From contig NC_091285.1 in NCBI RefSeq assembly GCF_032444005.1, positions 47,988,001-48,052,000 of the forward strand: a stretch of 64,000 bases of DNA, in the 5' to 3' direction. Each line of letters opens with the position of its first letter. The first letter of the stretch is position 1. This DNA is from Ranitomeya imitator (lineage: Eukaryota). The position numbers were made by a program, and so were the translations under genes. The notes under the pieces were generated by a model. The model was given only the letters and a program-made list of their open reading frames with translations. It had not been told where the DNA came from and ran no database searches. This document shows, one piece after another, positions 9,946 through 20,844 of this stretch.

Positions 9946-12671
9946 ATAATAATAATAATAATAATCTTTATTTATATAGCGCCAACATATTCCGCAGCGC
10001 TTTACAGTTTAACAGTTTCAAACACAAAAGTCATAAGTAACAACGTTAACAATACAATAATTAAAGCAAAATAAGACGACCCTGCTCGTGAGAGCTTACA
10101 ATCTACAATGAGGTGGGGGAGATACAAAGTACAGGTGTGTATTTACAATGATGTATTTACAATCATGGTCCAGCCATCTTCAGGGGTTGGGGAATAGATG
10201 GGGATAGTGAATGGGCTACACACAAACATAACATAACTTTGATTAGTGAACGTGATAGGCCGCTCTGAACAAATGTGTTTTGAGCGAGCGCCTAAAACTA
10301 TGCAAATTATGGATGGTCCTAATATCTTGGGGTAGAGCATTCCAGAGGATTGGCGCAGCACGGGAGAAGTCTTGGAGTCGGGAGTGGGAGGTACGGATTA
10401 GTGCAGAGGTTAGCCGAAAGTCATTTGCAGAGCGCAGTAGTCTGTTAGGCTGATAGACAGAAATGAGGGAGGAGATGTAAGGGGGTGCCGCACTGTGGAG
10501 AGCTTTGTGGGTGAGAACAAGTACTTTGAATTGTATCCTGTAATGAATGGGCAGCCAGTGTAACGACTGGCGAAGAGCGGACGCGTCCGAGTAACGATTA
10601 GCCAGATGGACGACCCTGGCTGCTGCATTAAGGATGGACTGGAGAGGGGAAAGTCGAGTGAGGGGGAGGCCAATTAATAGAGCGTTACAGTAGTCCAGGC
10701 GGGAGTGGATCAGGGCGACCGTGAGGGTTTTAGCTGTCTCCATGGTGAGAAAAGGGCGGATTCTAGAGATGTTCTTTAGGTGTAAGCGGCACGAGCGGGC
10801 AAGAGATTGTATATGGGAGGTGAAGGAGAGATCGGAGTCAAACATAACACCCAGACAGCGCGCCTGCTGCCGGGGTGTTATTATGGTGCCACCCACGGAG
10901 AGGGAAATGTCAGATTTAGGGAGGTTAGTAGATGGTGGGAGCAGAAGAAGTTCAGTTTTGGAGAGGTTGAGTTTCAGATAGAGAGCGGACATGATGTTGG
11001 AGACTGCGGACAGACAGTCAGTGGCATTCTGTAGTACAGCGGGGGTAAGGTCAGGGGATGACGTATATAGTTGTGTGTCGTCGGCATAAAGATGGTACTG
11101 AAAGCCAAATCTGCTGATGGTCTGTCCAATTGGGGCCGTGTAGAGAGAGAACAGAAGGGGGCCAAGGACTGAGCCCTGAGGTACCCCAACAGTGAGAGGA
11201 AGAGGAGATGAAGTGGAGCCAGAGAACAGAACACTGAAGGAGCGGTCGGAAAGATAGGAGGAGAACCAGGAGAGAGCAGTGTCCTTAATGCCTAGTGACT
11301 GGAGCCTAGAGAGCAGGAGAGGGTGGTCAACAGTGTCAAAAGCTGCAGAAAGGTCGAGAAGAATGAGCAGAGAGTGGTCACCATTACGTTTTGCTGTCAG
11401 AAGGTCATTGGTCACTTTGATGAGTGCAGTTTCTGTCGAATGTAGGGGGCGGAAACCGGACTGTGAAGGGTCTAGGAGGGAGTGAGTGGAGAGGTAACGG
11501 GTAAGGCGGGAGTATATCAGGCGCTCCAAGAGTTTAGAGATGAAGGGGAGATTGGAGACCGGTCTGTAGTTGTTTGTGCAGGATGGGTCGAGGGTGGGTT
11601 TCTTTAGTAATGGAGTAATGATAGAGTGTTTGAAGGAGGAGGGGAAAATGCCAGAGGAGAGGGAGAGATTAAAGATTGTAGTTAGGTGACTTGTGACAAC
11701 TGGAGAGAGAGACTGGAGGAGATGTGAGGGAATGGGGTCGGTAGTGCATGTAGTCGGACGAGAAGAGGAGAGGAGCTTGGAGACTTCTTCTTCTGTGATG
11801 GGATCGAATGTGGAGAGTGAGCCAGGGGCAATGAGGGGAGGGATGGGAGTCACTGAACTTAGTTGTTGGGAGCGGATTTCCTGACGGATATTGTCTATTT
11901 TCTCTATAAAGTGGGAGGCCAGGTCACCAGCACAAATATCTGTGATAGGGGCTTGTGCTTTTGGCCTGAGGAGGGAGTGAAAGGTGTCAAAAAGTTTCTT
12001 GGGGTTGTTGGATAGTGAGGAGATCAGAGTGGTAAAGTAGGTCTGTTTAGCGAAGTGAAGGGCAAAGTTATAGGTCCTTAACATAAATTTGAAGTGTATG
12101 AAGTCTTCTGGTGTGCGTGTTTTCCTCCATAAGCGTTCAGCACACCTAGAGGATCGCTGGAGAAATCGGGTTTGCGATGTGAGCCAGGGCTGTTTTATTC
12201 TGTGTTTGGAGGTCCTGAGGGTGAGGGGAGCTACTTGGTCAAGGGTGCTTCTAAGAGTGTCATTGAAGTGATGTACCGCCAGATCAGGACAGGAAAAGGA
12301 AGAGATTGGGGACAATGATAAGCGTAGGGAGTCTGAAAGTGTAAGAGGGTTAATGGCTTGTAGATTTCTGACTGAATGGTGTGTAGGAGGGTGCTGGGGT
12401 GAGCGAGGATATGTGAGTGTGAAGGAGAGAATGTTGTGGTCAGAGAGGGGAAGCGGTGAGTTATCTATGTAGGAGATTGAGCAGAGCCGGGCAAAGACCA
12501 GGTCCAGGGTGTTACCGTCCTTGTGTGTCTCAGAGGTTGAGAGCTGTGAGAGGCCGAGAGAAGTGGTTAGTGACAGAAGCTGGGATGCAGATGTGGAAGT
12601 GGGGCTGTTAATGGGGATGTTGAAGTCTCCCAGGATAAGGGTTGGTAGTTCATGAAGTACATTCATGAAGT
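9946..12671 (-). mobile_element. 5'-truncated L2-clade LINE
   Basis: 3' end TGTAAAGCGCTGCGGAATATGTTGGCGCTATATAAATAAAG followed by an (ATT)n tail. 5-bp TSD ACATT (9941-9945 / 12672-12676). Confidence 0.92.
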
Positions 12672-12675
12672 ACAT
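10243..12675 (-). CDS. L2 ORF2: C-terminal part of the APE endonuclease plus reverse transcriptase (810 aa, no internal stop)
   Basis: LILGDFN and DGNTLDLVF (APE). [46 protein letters not shown] and YADD (RT). L2-type C-terminus [11 protein letters not shown]. The initiating Met comes from the junction repeat. Confidence 0.9.
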   Translation of the reverse strand: MYFMNVLHELPTLILGDFNIPINSPTSTSASQLLSLTTSLGLSQLSTSETHKDGNTLDLVFARLCSISYIDNSPLPLSDHNILSFTLTYPRSPQHPPTHHSVRNLQAINPLTLSDSLRLSLSPISSFSCPDLAVHHFNDTLRSTLDQVAPLTLRTSKHRIKQPWLTSQTRFLQRSSRCAERLWRKTRTPEDFIHFKFMLRTYNFALHFAKQTYFTTLISSLSNNPKKLFDTFHSLLRPKAQAPITDICAGDLASHFIEKIDNIRQEIRSQQLSSVTPIPPLIAPGSLSTFDPITEEEVSKLLSSSRPTTCTTDPIPSHLLQSLSPVVTSHLTTIFNLSLSSGIFPSSFKHSIITPLLKKPTLDPSCTNNYRPVSNLPFISKLLERLIYSRLTRYLSTHSLLDPSQSGFRPLHSTETALIKVTNDLLTAKRNGDHSLLILLDLSAAFDTVDHPLLLSRLQSLGIKDTALSWFSSYLSDRSFSVLFSGSTSSPLPLTVGVPQGSVLGPLLFSLYTAPIGQTISRFGFQYHLYADDTQLYTSSPDLTPAVLQNATDCLSAVSNIMSALYLKLNLSKTELLLLPPSTNLPKSDISLSVGGTIITPRQQARCLGVMFDSDLSFTSHIQSLARSCRLHLKNISRIRPFLTMETAKTLTVALIHSRLDYCNALLIGLPLTRLSPLQSILNAAARVVHLANRYSDASALRQSLHWLPIHYRIQFKVLVLTHKALHSAAPPYISSLISVYQPNRLLRSANDFRLTSALIRTSHSRLQDFSRAAPILWNALPQDIRTIHNLHSFRRSLKTHLFRAAYHVH

Positions 12676-12676
12676 T

Positions 12677-13718
12677 CATGAAGTACGGCAGTTCCTCGGG
12701 TTGGTAGGCTACTACCGGAGATTCATCAAGGACTTCAACAAGATAGCCACACCCCTGCAAGAAATGCTAGTCAATCCAAGAAGGCCAAGAGCAAGAATCC
12801 TCCATTCCAGTGGAACAGCAGGCTGGAAGAATCCACTCGGTTGAAGTTGGATCTCACAGGAGATGAAGTCCTGGCCTACCCTGACTATGACCAACCATTT
12901 GCACTTTACACAGACGCCAGCAACGCGGGATTGGGAGCAGTGCTCACCCAAGTGCAGAAAGGCAGGGAGAGAGAGTGATTGCCTACACCAGCAGGAAGTT
13001 TCGTCCCACTGAAAGAAACCCCGACAACTATAGTTCCTTCAAATTGGAGTTTCTCACCATAGTTTGGGCTGTGACTGAGCAATTCAAACACTACCTGGCT
13101 TCAGCGAAGTTTACTGTCCTCACGAACAATAATCCACTGACTCACCTGGAAAGCTAGGTGCACTGGAACAGTGATGGATGGCCCGGCTGTCCAATTGCGA
13201 GTTTACCATAAAGTAATGATAAGGGCATAAGAACGCTAATGCTCATGTGCAGTCCAGGAAGCCCAATTCACTAGATGCAGGAGAAGACCTAGAAGACCTA
13301 GAAGAGATTTAGTTACCAGCCTTCCACTGCCCCGAGACGGCTCAGTGCTCCCACTGCGTGAGGAACAAGCGCTATGGCAGGCAAGATGCCACGTTGAACC
13401 CGTTGCCCCACCATGGATGAGCAGAGACACAGGATAGTGATCCAGCAGTACACCTGATAAAGGAATTGCTGCAACAGGCTGATTCACACCCTGGTCCAGA
13501 TGCTCCAGAAGAGACCCAACAGTTGTGGAAAGATAAGGGCAAGCTGTTCATCTATGAGGGTAAATTTTGTGGGAGGAACATCAACTCACGCACTCATGAA
13601 CTGGTCTGGCAGGTGGTAGTCCCAAAACAGGATGGAGCAGGACACTTCGGATGGAAGAAGCTGGAAGTCTTACTTCGTGAGAGATTTTTCTGGATTGGCA
13701 TGAGAAGAACCATTGAGA
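12677..13718 (+). pseudogene. Gypsy pol remnant part 2 (RT end, RNase H, start of integrase); truncated before the integrase core
   Basis: HEVRQFLGLVGYYRRFIKDF, YTDASNAGLGAVL, YSSFKLEFLTIVWAVTEQFKHYL, and H2C2-region GHFGWKKLEVLLRERFFWIGM. Confidence 0.9.
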
Positions 13719-13744
13719 ACAGGTACTACAGTTACCAACAGTTA

Positions 13745-14090
13745 CCAACTTCCCCTGAGAAAGCTGATGATTTAAATAGCAAACTGTGCTTTGTTGACTT
13801 TATTAATGGGTACGGTGGTTTCTCCTCTTACTTGCTTGTAAAATTACATTATGTAAACTGTGGATACCTATCTTGACAAATGTGTCATCACTGTTTGAGA
13901 CTCCACTTATGCCCATATTATGATATTTTTCTATATACACACAATTTGTCAGTGTCTGTTTTCTTTCTGTCTGTCATTTCTTACTTTGTACATACAAATT
14001 TTCAATCATCAAATTTTTGTAATTAATAAAATATATATATATTTTTAGCCTTAAACTCCAACTGATACTCCTGTGTAAATATAAAGGTTT
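13745..14090 (+). mobile_element. Possible Penelope-like 3' fragment
   Basis: Decayed hammerhead-like CCCCTGAGAAAGCT...AGCAAAC (13752-13784) and a downstream AATAAA with AT-rich end. Confidence 0.35.
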
Positions 14091-14164
14091 TTTGGAGTGG
14101 TTTAACTGCCGTATCTAACAGATTTTCTATTTTATTCCTTTTTGATGATGGTTTGCGAAATCTC

Positions 14165-14695
14165 AGAGCATGCTGGGATGCATAAACAAAGCATCATCAG
14201 AGAGCAGAGGCTGGACTCGCTGCTGCAGCCCCTACCCCCTCCCTAGAACAAAGCTTCATCAGTGTTGCTCATTTCAGGAACTGGGCTAGTCCCCACATGA
14301 TGTGAACTGTGCGATGTGCACAATGACAGTGCGCTCTCTGTTGCCGACTCAGATCAGCAATAATGAGCCAGCACCAAAGTGCATTGTCAGAATACCCAGC
14401 ATGCAGAGACCAGAGACGTCGCTTTTGGGGGTACTGCTGGTCTCTGAACACCGGATACTCTTATAATGCACTCTGTTGCCTACTCATTACTGTCGATCTG
14501 ATCCATTAACAGAGGGTGCGCTGTCACTGTACACATCGCACAATGTACAATGTGCAGGAACTAGCCTAGCCCCTGAAATAAACATCACTAAAGATGATTC
14601 ATTTCAGGGATGGAACAGAGGCTGCAGCAGTGAATGCAGCTTCTGTCCCCTGATGATGCTTCATTTGAATAACCCAGCATGCACTGGAATTCTCA
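14165..14695. repeat. Degenerate palindromic MITE body
   Basis: Arms GCATGCTGGG...GCATCATCAG...GCTGCAGCC and their reverse complement near 14620-14685. Confidence 0.5.
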
Positions 14696-14811
14696 AACGA
14701 ATCATTATCAAAAAGTAAAAGAAAAAAAAATGAAATGCAGTTAGATGGTGTAGTTATGGAAAGATAGTGAATTTTTAATTCATGTATGTAGGAAATAGTT
14801 TAGATTATGGC

Positions 14812-15488
14812 TAGTGTTGAGCGATACCTTCTGATATTTGAAAGTATCGGTATCGGAAAAAAATATCGGATATCGCCGATACCCGATACCCGATACCAAT
14901 GCAAGTCAATGGGACACAAATATCGGAATGTATCCTGGATACTTCCCAGGGTCTGAAGGAGAGGAAACTCTCTTTCAGGCCCTGGGATCCATATTAATGT
15001 AAAAAATAAAGAATAAAAATAAAAAATATGGATATACTCACCCTCTGACGAACCCTGGCTGTCACCGCTGCGAGCGTCTCCCTCCGTTCATAAGAATGCA
15101 GAGAGTGAAGGACCTTCAATGACGTCGTGGTCACCTGACCGCTCACGTGAGCGTGACGTCATCGAAGGTCCTTCACTCTCTGCATTCTCAGGAACGGAGG
15201 CAGACGCTCGCAGCGGTGACAGCCAGGGTTCGCCGGAGGGGTGAGTATATCCATATTGTTTTATTTTTATTCTTTATTTTTTACATTAATATGGATCCCG
15301 GGGCCTGAAGGAGAGTTTGCTCTCCTCCAGATCCTGGGAACCACACGCACCGCACACGCCGAAGATGACTAGGAACTTCCGATTCCGATTTCCGATATCA
15401 CAAAAATATTGGAACTCAGTATCGGAATTCCGATACAGCAAATATCGGCCGATACCCGATACTTGCAGTTTCGGAATGCTCAACACTA
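14812..15488. mobile_element. hAT-family MITE
   Basis: TIR TAGTGTTGAGC, 8-bp TSD ATTATGGC (14804-14811 / 15489-15496), CCGATA-rich subterminal motifs, and an internal palindrome with ~180-bp arms. Confidence 0.9.
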
Positions 15489-15655
15489 ATTATGGCACTA
15501 AATAGGTTAGTGTTTTAGGATGAAGATGACTTTGAACTTCTGACCACCAATTTAAGTTAAAGATATTTACCTCAACTCGCTAATGCCAACATCAACAATG
15601 CTAGTCTTGATGATGGGACGTTTTGGAATCAGATGCCCTGATTCATTAAGGGTTC

Positions 15656-16450
15656 TGTAATGGACCTGGTGGTTAGGAGCACCCGGAACGACCTGATGGT
15701 TAAACTCACACAGGACAAGCTCTGGAAAGTGGGAGCTCTGCCGACCGCAATCCTTAATCCTATCACACAACTAGAAATAGCCGTGGAGTGTACCTAACAC
15801 GACCTAGATGCCTCTTCACAGCCTAAGAGCTAACTAGCCTTAAAGATAGAAAATAAAGCCTACCTTGCCTCAGAGAAATTCCCCAAAGGAAAAGGCAGCC
15901 CCCCACATATATTGACTGTGAGATAAGATGAAATTCACAAACACAGAAATGAAACAGGTTTTAGCAAAGGGAGGCCAGACTTACTAAACAGACTGAGGAT
16001 AGGAAAGGTATCTTTGCGGTCAGCACAAAACCCTACAAAAAGACCACGCAGAGTGTGCAAAAAGACCTCCGCACCGACTCACGGTGCAGAGGTGCCACTC
16101 TGCATTCCAGAGCTTCCAGCTAGCAGGGCAAGATCATGATAGCCAGCTGGACAAGGAAACAATGAACAAATAAATAACTAGCAGGGACTTAGCTTCTGCT
16201 GGAGTAGACAGGTCACCAGAAAGATCCAAGAGCGAACTGAACCAGTACAAGAACATTGACAGCTGGCATGGAGTAACGATCTGAGTGGAGTTAAATAGAG
16301 CAGCCAGCCAAAGACTAAACTACGTCACCTGTGGAAGGAACCTCAGAAGCAGCAGCTCCACTCACAGCCACCAGAGGGAGTCCATGGACAAAACTCGCAG
16401 AAGTACCATTCATGACCACAGGAGGGAGTTCGATAACAGAATTCACAACA
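15656..16450. mobile_element. Solo LTR, family A, copy 2
   Basis: TGTAATGG...TTCACAACA with 6-bp TSD GGGTTC (15650-15655 / 16451-16456). Confidence 0.9.
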
Positions 16451-17375
16451 GGGTTCCACAAATCCTTCTCCAGTAAGAGAATAGTAAGTAAGGAGTAAGA
16501 TACACATCAGGTCCTCAAAAATTTGACAAACGGTGGCGTCACTTTACTAGCTCATTCTCGTCCCACTCCAGCTCCGCTTATTTTTATATGGATGGGCAAA
16601 ACTGGCCTGAAAATGCCAAAAGTAGCAACATTTTTCACAATCCAGCATTCCACAAAAATGTTGACACTTATCAAAGCAATTTATTCTTGAATTCTAGTGT
16701 AATCACTTTGATTAATCAGGGCCATTGTCTTCAAAAGTGGAATTTCAGCTAAAGGCTTCTTTAGACAGTTTCGAATGATGGGTAAATTCAGAAAAAATAT
16801 ACACAATATTGATAATAGGGATATATTATTGCTAAACCACAGTAACATCTGTACAGCAGAATGCCTTACATGCCCCCCAAAAAACAATACACCATAAATT
16901 TGTAAATTTAGACAATGTCTTATCACACGTCCAAGCCAGTTCACCACTGCATCCAGTGAAAAATGTGAAGATTCTCAGAAGTTATGCATCCATTGCATAG
17001 AAATATCTTCAGTATTGTTTTTTTTTTTGTTTGGCCTACTGATTCTTATGTGTGTTACGTAGAGTTTGACTTTTCTCACAGTTCTAAGATAAACAATAGA
17101 TACTTAAAGCTCGGAACCCCTAGGAATGTTCATTTGTTTTCCGCTAATGTACAATTTATTTACTTTATTAATCATGTTGTTTAATTGTTGAGTTTGCTGT
17201 TTTCCATCTGGAAGAAGTGCCCAATCTTGTTGAGAAACAAATCTGCATAAATAATTTGTACTAGTGACAAGATAATTCCGGGAAATTGCATTTTCTGATT
17301 TAATGTAAATCTGTATCTGCAGAATTATAAAATTATGATATAATAGTATAACGATTAAAATATACGGCATATATA

Positions 17376-17906
17376 CAGCTCGGGCAAAAATTAAGAGACC
17401 ACTGCAAAATGTTCAGTTTGTCTGATTTTTCTCTATGGGTATATTTTTGAGGAAAATGTAAATTGTTCATTTATTTTATAAACTTCTGACAACATGTCTC
17501 CGAAATTTCCAAGCAATAAATTTTGTATTTTTTTCTGAAAAGGAGAAATGGTCAAAGTTATAAAAAACAGTTCTCTCAGACCTCAAATAATACAAAAAAA
17601 AAAAACAAGTTCATAATCATTTAGAAACAACAATACTAATGTTTTAACACAGGAAGAGTTCAGAAATCAATATTTTGTGGAATAACCATGATCACAGCTT
17701 TCATGCGTCTTGGCATGCTTTCCACCAGTCTTTCACACAGCTTTTGGCACAAAAATTGAAGCAGTTCTTCTTTGTTTGATTGCTTGTGACTATCCGTCAT
17801 CCTCTTGATTACATTCCAGATGTTTTCAATGGGGTTAAGGTATAGATATTGGGCTGCCCATGACAGGGTTTTAATGTGGTGGTCTCTTAACTTTTTGTCA
17901 GAGCCG
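17376..17906 (-). mobile_element. Tc1-like non-autonomous element
   Basis: TA TSD, TIR CAGCTC(T/G)GGCAAAAATTAAGAGACCAC, and transposase remnant IENIWNVIKR. Confidence 0.9.
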
Positions 17907-17956
17907 TATGTATATATATATATTTGCAATGCCAGGTAGGCTAGGGTTAAATCCTG

Positions 17957-18175
17957 CAGAAAACAGAAGAAGATAATGCCAGGTCACAGTTGAAGTTTAT
18001 ACGAGTCCAGCATGCACGGAACCACGAGCCGACCACTCATGTATAGTAATTGTAGAAAAAGAAGAAATGTTCCAGCTTCTGGTAAAATTTTCAGAGTAAT
18101 CTTTGTTCCATCAAAAACATTTAAAAAAAATAGTGGACAGGAACAGAATCAAGCAACGCGTTTCGAACACAGTTA
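17957..18175 (-). mobile_element. Penelope-like 3' fragment
   Basis: Minus strand reads TGTGTTCGAAACGCGT (18156-18171), the same motif as 5529-5543. Possible 9-bp TSD TTAAATCCT. Confidence 0.45.
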
Positions 18176-18594
18176 TTAAATCCTAGCTCTGCAGGCTTTG
18201 GTTAGTACACCTGGCTAGCTCTACATATAAATTGTCTAGTTGTTCATCTAAGTCAGTCTGCTAGGGAGGCTGAGCAGGCTGGATGTGTCTTGAAGTTGAT
18301 AAGAGAAACAAGTCAGAGCCCTTTTGAGAGGAGTCTGCATTGGCCGTGTGAACCAAAATGCAGCTATCTGCAGTTGCGATGGACGATAGCAGTTGTGGTT
18401 TGACCAAACTGGGGTTAGCTCATCGGTGACACATTGGGCCAAAACTGTACAGCCTGTTTGAACACTACCTAAAGCCTAGTGCTTAAGAGATGGAAGGCAT
18501 CCCTACAGTATATAGTATATACAGTAACATTACCACTGATAAGCAAAAGGGTAATTGAATTTCAGGCTCTATATCTCACCATTCACTACTGCTT

Positions 18595-18712
18595 CACATA
18601 TGTTTGTCTTTCCGCTGTATCTAACATTATGTCCTACCGCTACCTAAAACAGAAACTGTCCAAAATTGAACTCCTCATCTTTTCCCCCTCCACTTACCTA
18701 GCTATTCCCAAT
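18595..18712 (+). mobile_element. Old L2 RT fragment
   Basis: [26 protein letters not shown] matches [26 protein letters not shown] in the intact L2 ORF. Confidence 0.8.
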
Positions 18713-19332
18713 GTTTGGGATTGTAAGACTCTCTGTAAAGAGGTTGTTCGGTCGGTCACACTGTTTTGATAACCCATCCTTAGGATATCTCATCTAATGA
18801 ATAGGTACTGTTCTTCAGAACTCAGCAGTGGAAGCACCACATTGATTGGAGCTGTGTTCTGTTGCTCCGATCCATTCTTTTACAACTGATTGCCACCGGT
18901 GCTGTATTCAGATTTTCAATGAAGATGCTGGGTGTTGCACCCCACCATTGTCAGTCATATTGATGTCATTTGCTTTGGATTGGTCATCAGTATGGTGTAA
19001 TCAGGCAAACCTTTAATTTTTTAGCAGAAGGTTTAACCTGATTCAGGACCTCATTTCAGAGACGAGGAGCAAAAGATCCAACTCTGAAGGACTAGACTTT
19101 TGCTCATACAGCATAACAGCCCAGTGATTTTAATGAATACTGTAATTCTTCAATTTTTCAGTTAGGGTTGACCCGGGAATTTGATCTTATTAGTGAGAAT
19201 TTCTTTGATTAGCTTATTTTTTAGAGGCATTCTCAATCCAAATATTTTATCCAAAGGACAAGATAAATCATGCTATGAAGTGAGCCCACTGCTTGGTTCA
19301 TACAATACTTTTAAAATGAAAAAGATACATTA

Positions 19333-19870
19333 CAGCTCTGGCAAAAAATAAGAGACCACCACATCAAAACCCTGTCATGGGCAGCCCAATCTCCAGACCT
19401 GAACCCCATTGAAAACCTCTGGAATGTAATCAAGAGGATGATGGATAGTCACAAGCCATCAAACAAAGAAGAACATGTTTGCGCCAGAAGCAGTGGGAAA
19501 GACTGCTGGAAAGCATGCCAAGACGCATGAAAGCTATGATTAAAAATCATGGTTATTCCACAAAATATTGATTTCTGAACTCTTCCGGAGTTAAAACATT
19601 AGCATTGTTGTGTCTAAATGATTATAAACTTGTTTACTTTGCATTATTTGAGGTCTGAAAGACCAGTTTTTCTTTTTTTTTTGTAATTTTGACCATTTCT
19701 CCTTTTCAGAAAAAAAATACAAAATTTATTACTTGGAAATTCGGAGACATGTTGTCAGAAGTTTATAGACTAAAAGAACAATTTACATTTTGCTCAAAAA
19801 TATACCTATAAAGAGAAAAATCAGACAAACTGAACATTTTGCAGTGGTCTCTTAATTTTTGCCAGAGCTG
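19333..19870 (+). mobile_element. Tc1-like non-autonomous element
   Basis: TA TSD and both TIRs present; inverted homologue of 17376-17906. Confidence 0.9.
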
Positions 19871-20844
19871 TACATAGTCGAGCCCAGATATCCCTAAAAC
19901 ACATTCTGAAGTCCGCAATTTCCAATATTGTAGCAGTGTTCAGGTTTTGGTTCCCTTCACTTAACTGACTTGAAAACATTGTTTTTCAGTTTTACAATGT
20001 AGATATGCCTGAGGTGGAACATTGCTCAAATTTTGGAAATGTAATATCTCTATATCTCTTAGCGAGCAAAAATTGATGAGAGTAGAGTCATTTTTAATAA
20101 TCTCACTTTCTGTATATCTCTATGCCTTTCTCGTGTTGGAAAGTTAAGGATATTTTTTTTTTTACTATCATGTAGTAGTGACACCCAAACTTCACCAATA
20201 GTAAAGGTTCATTCATACAGGCCAATCTCAATAATTGGCCAGTATAAACAGGGTAGCAATCACCTGACACAAAGAGGTTGTTCATCCTCCAGTGAAATTA
20301 TTTTCTAGCTTGCTTAAAGATCCTCATTCTCGGCAGCATATGACGTGCATAAACTGGACATGTGCTGTTGAGAACAATGACAGCTTATGCACACATAATG
20401 ATTGTATTTATGAGCTTCTGTGTGCTTGGGAAGTGTGGTAGACCTGTCTATTAAATGTAGTCTATCACTCTCAAAATGCTAACTAAGCCACTAATACAGG
20501 TAAATAGGAAACATAGTCCATATGAAAATAACATCTGTAGCATAGATTTAGTAGCTTAGTTGGCATACAAATAATTTATTTAGTATGCAAATGAGGTGGT
20601 TTCAGTTTACCCTTGGAGTGGCCAAAGAATTCAGTGTATCGTTATGTCCCGTCAAATAACCTAGTGAGCACTGTCATAACTTAATTCACAATCATCTGCT
20701 CTGCACCTTCACACAGACACTGCAGTGCTCTCACTTAGTGTCACAGCCGCCTCTCACTGCTGACTCCTGTCTGTGTCCACCGCTTGGTATTTTACTACAG
20801 ATAAGAGCCAGTTATGAAAGATAGCACTGACACTGTGTGAGAGG

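Noticed and set aside
10410-12271. Short alternative-frame ORFs overlapping the L2 ORF2
   Set aside because: By-products of the open RT frame; no independent features.
4773-13718. Intact or active Gypsy element
   Set aside because: Many stops and frameshifts, nested insertions, and no integrase core or 3' LTR.
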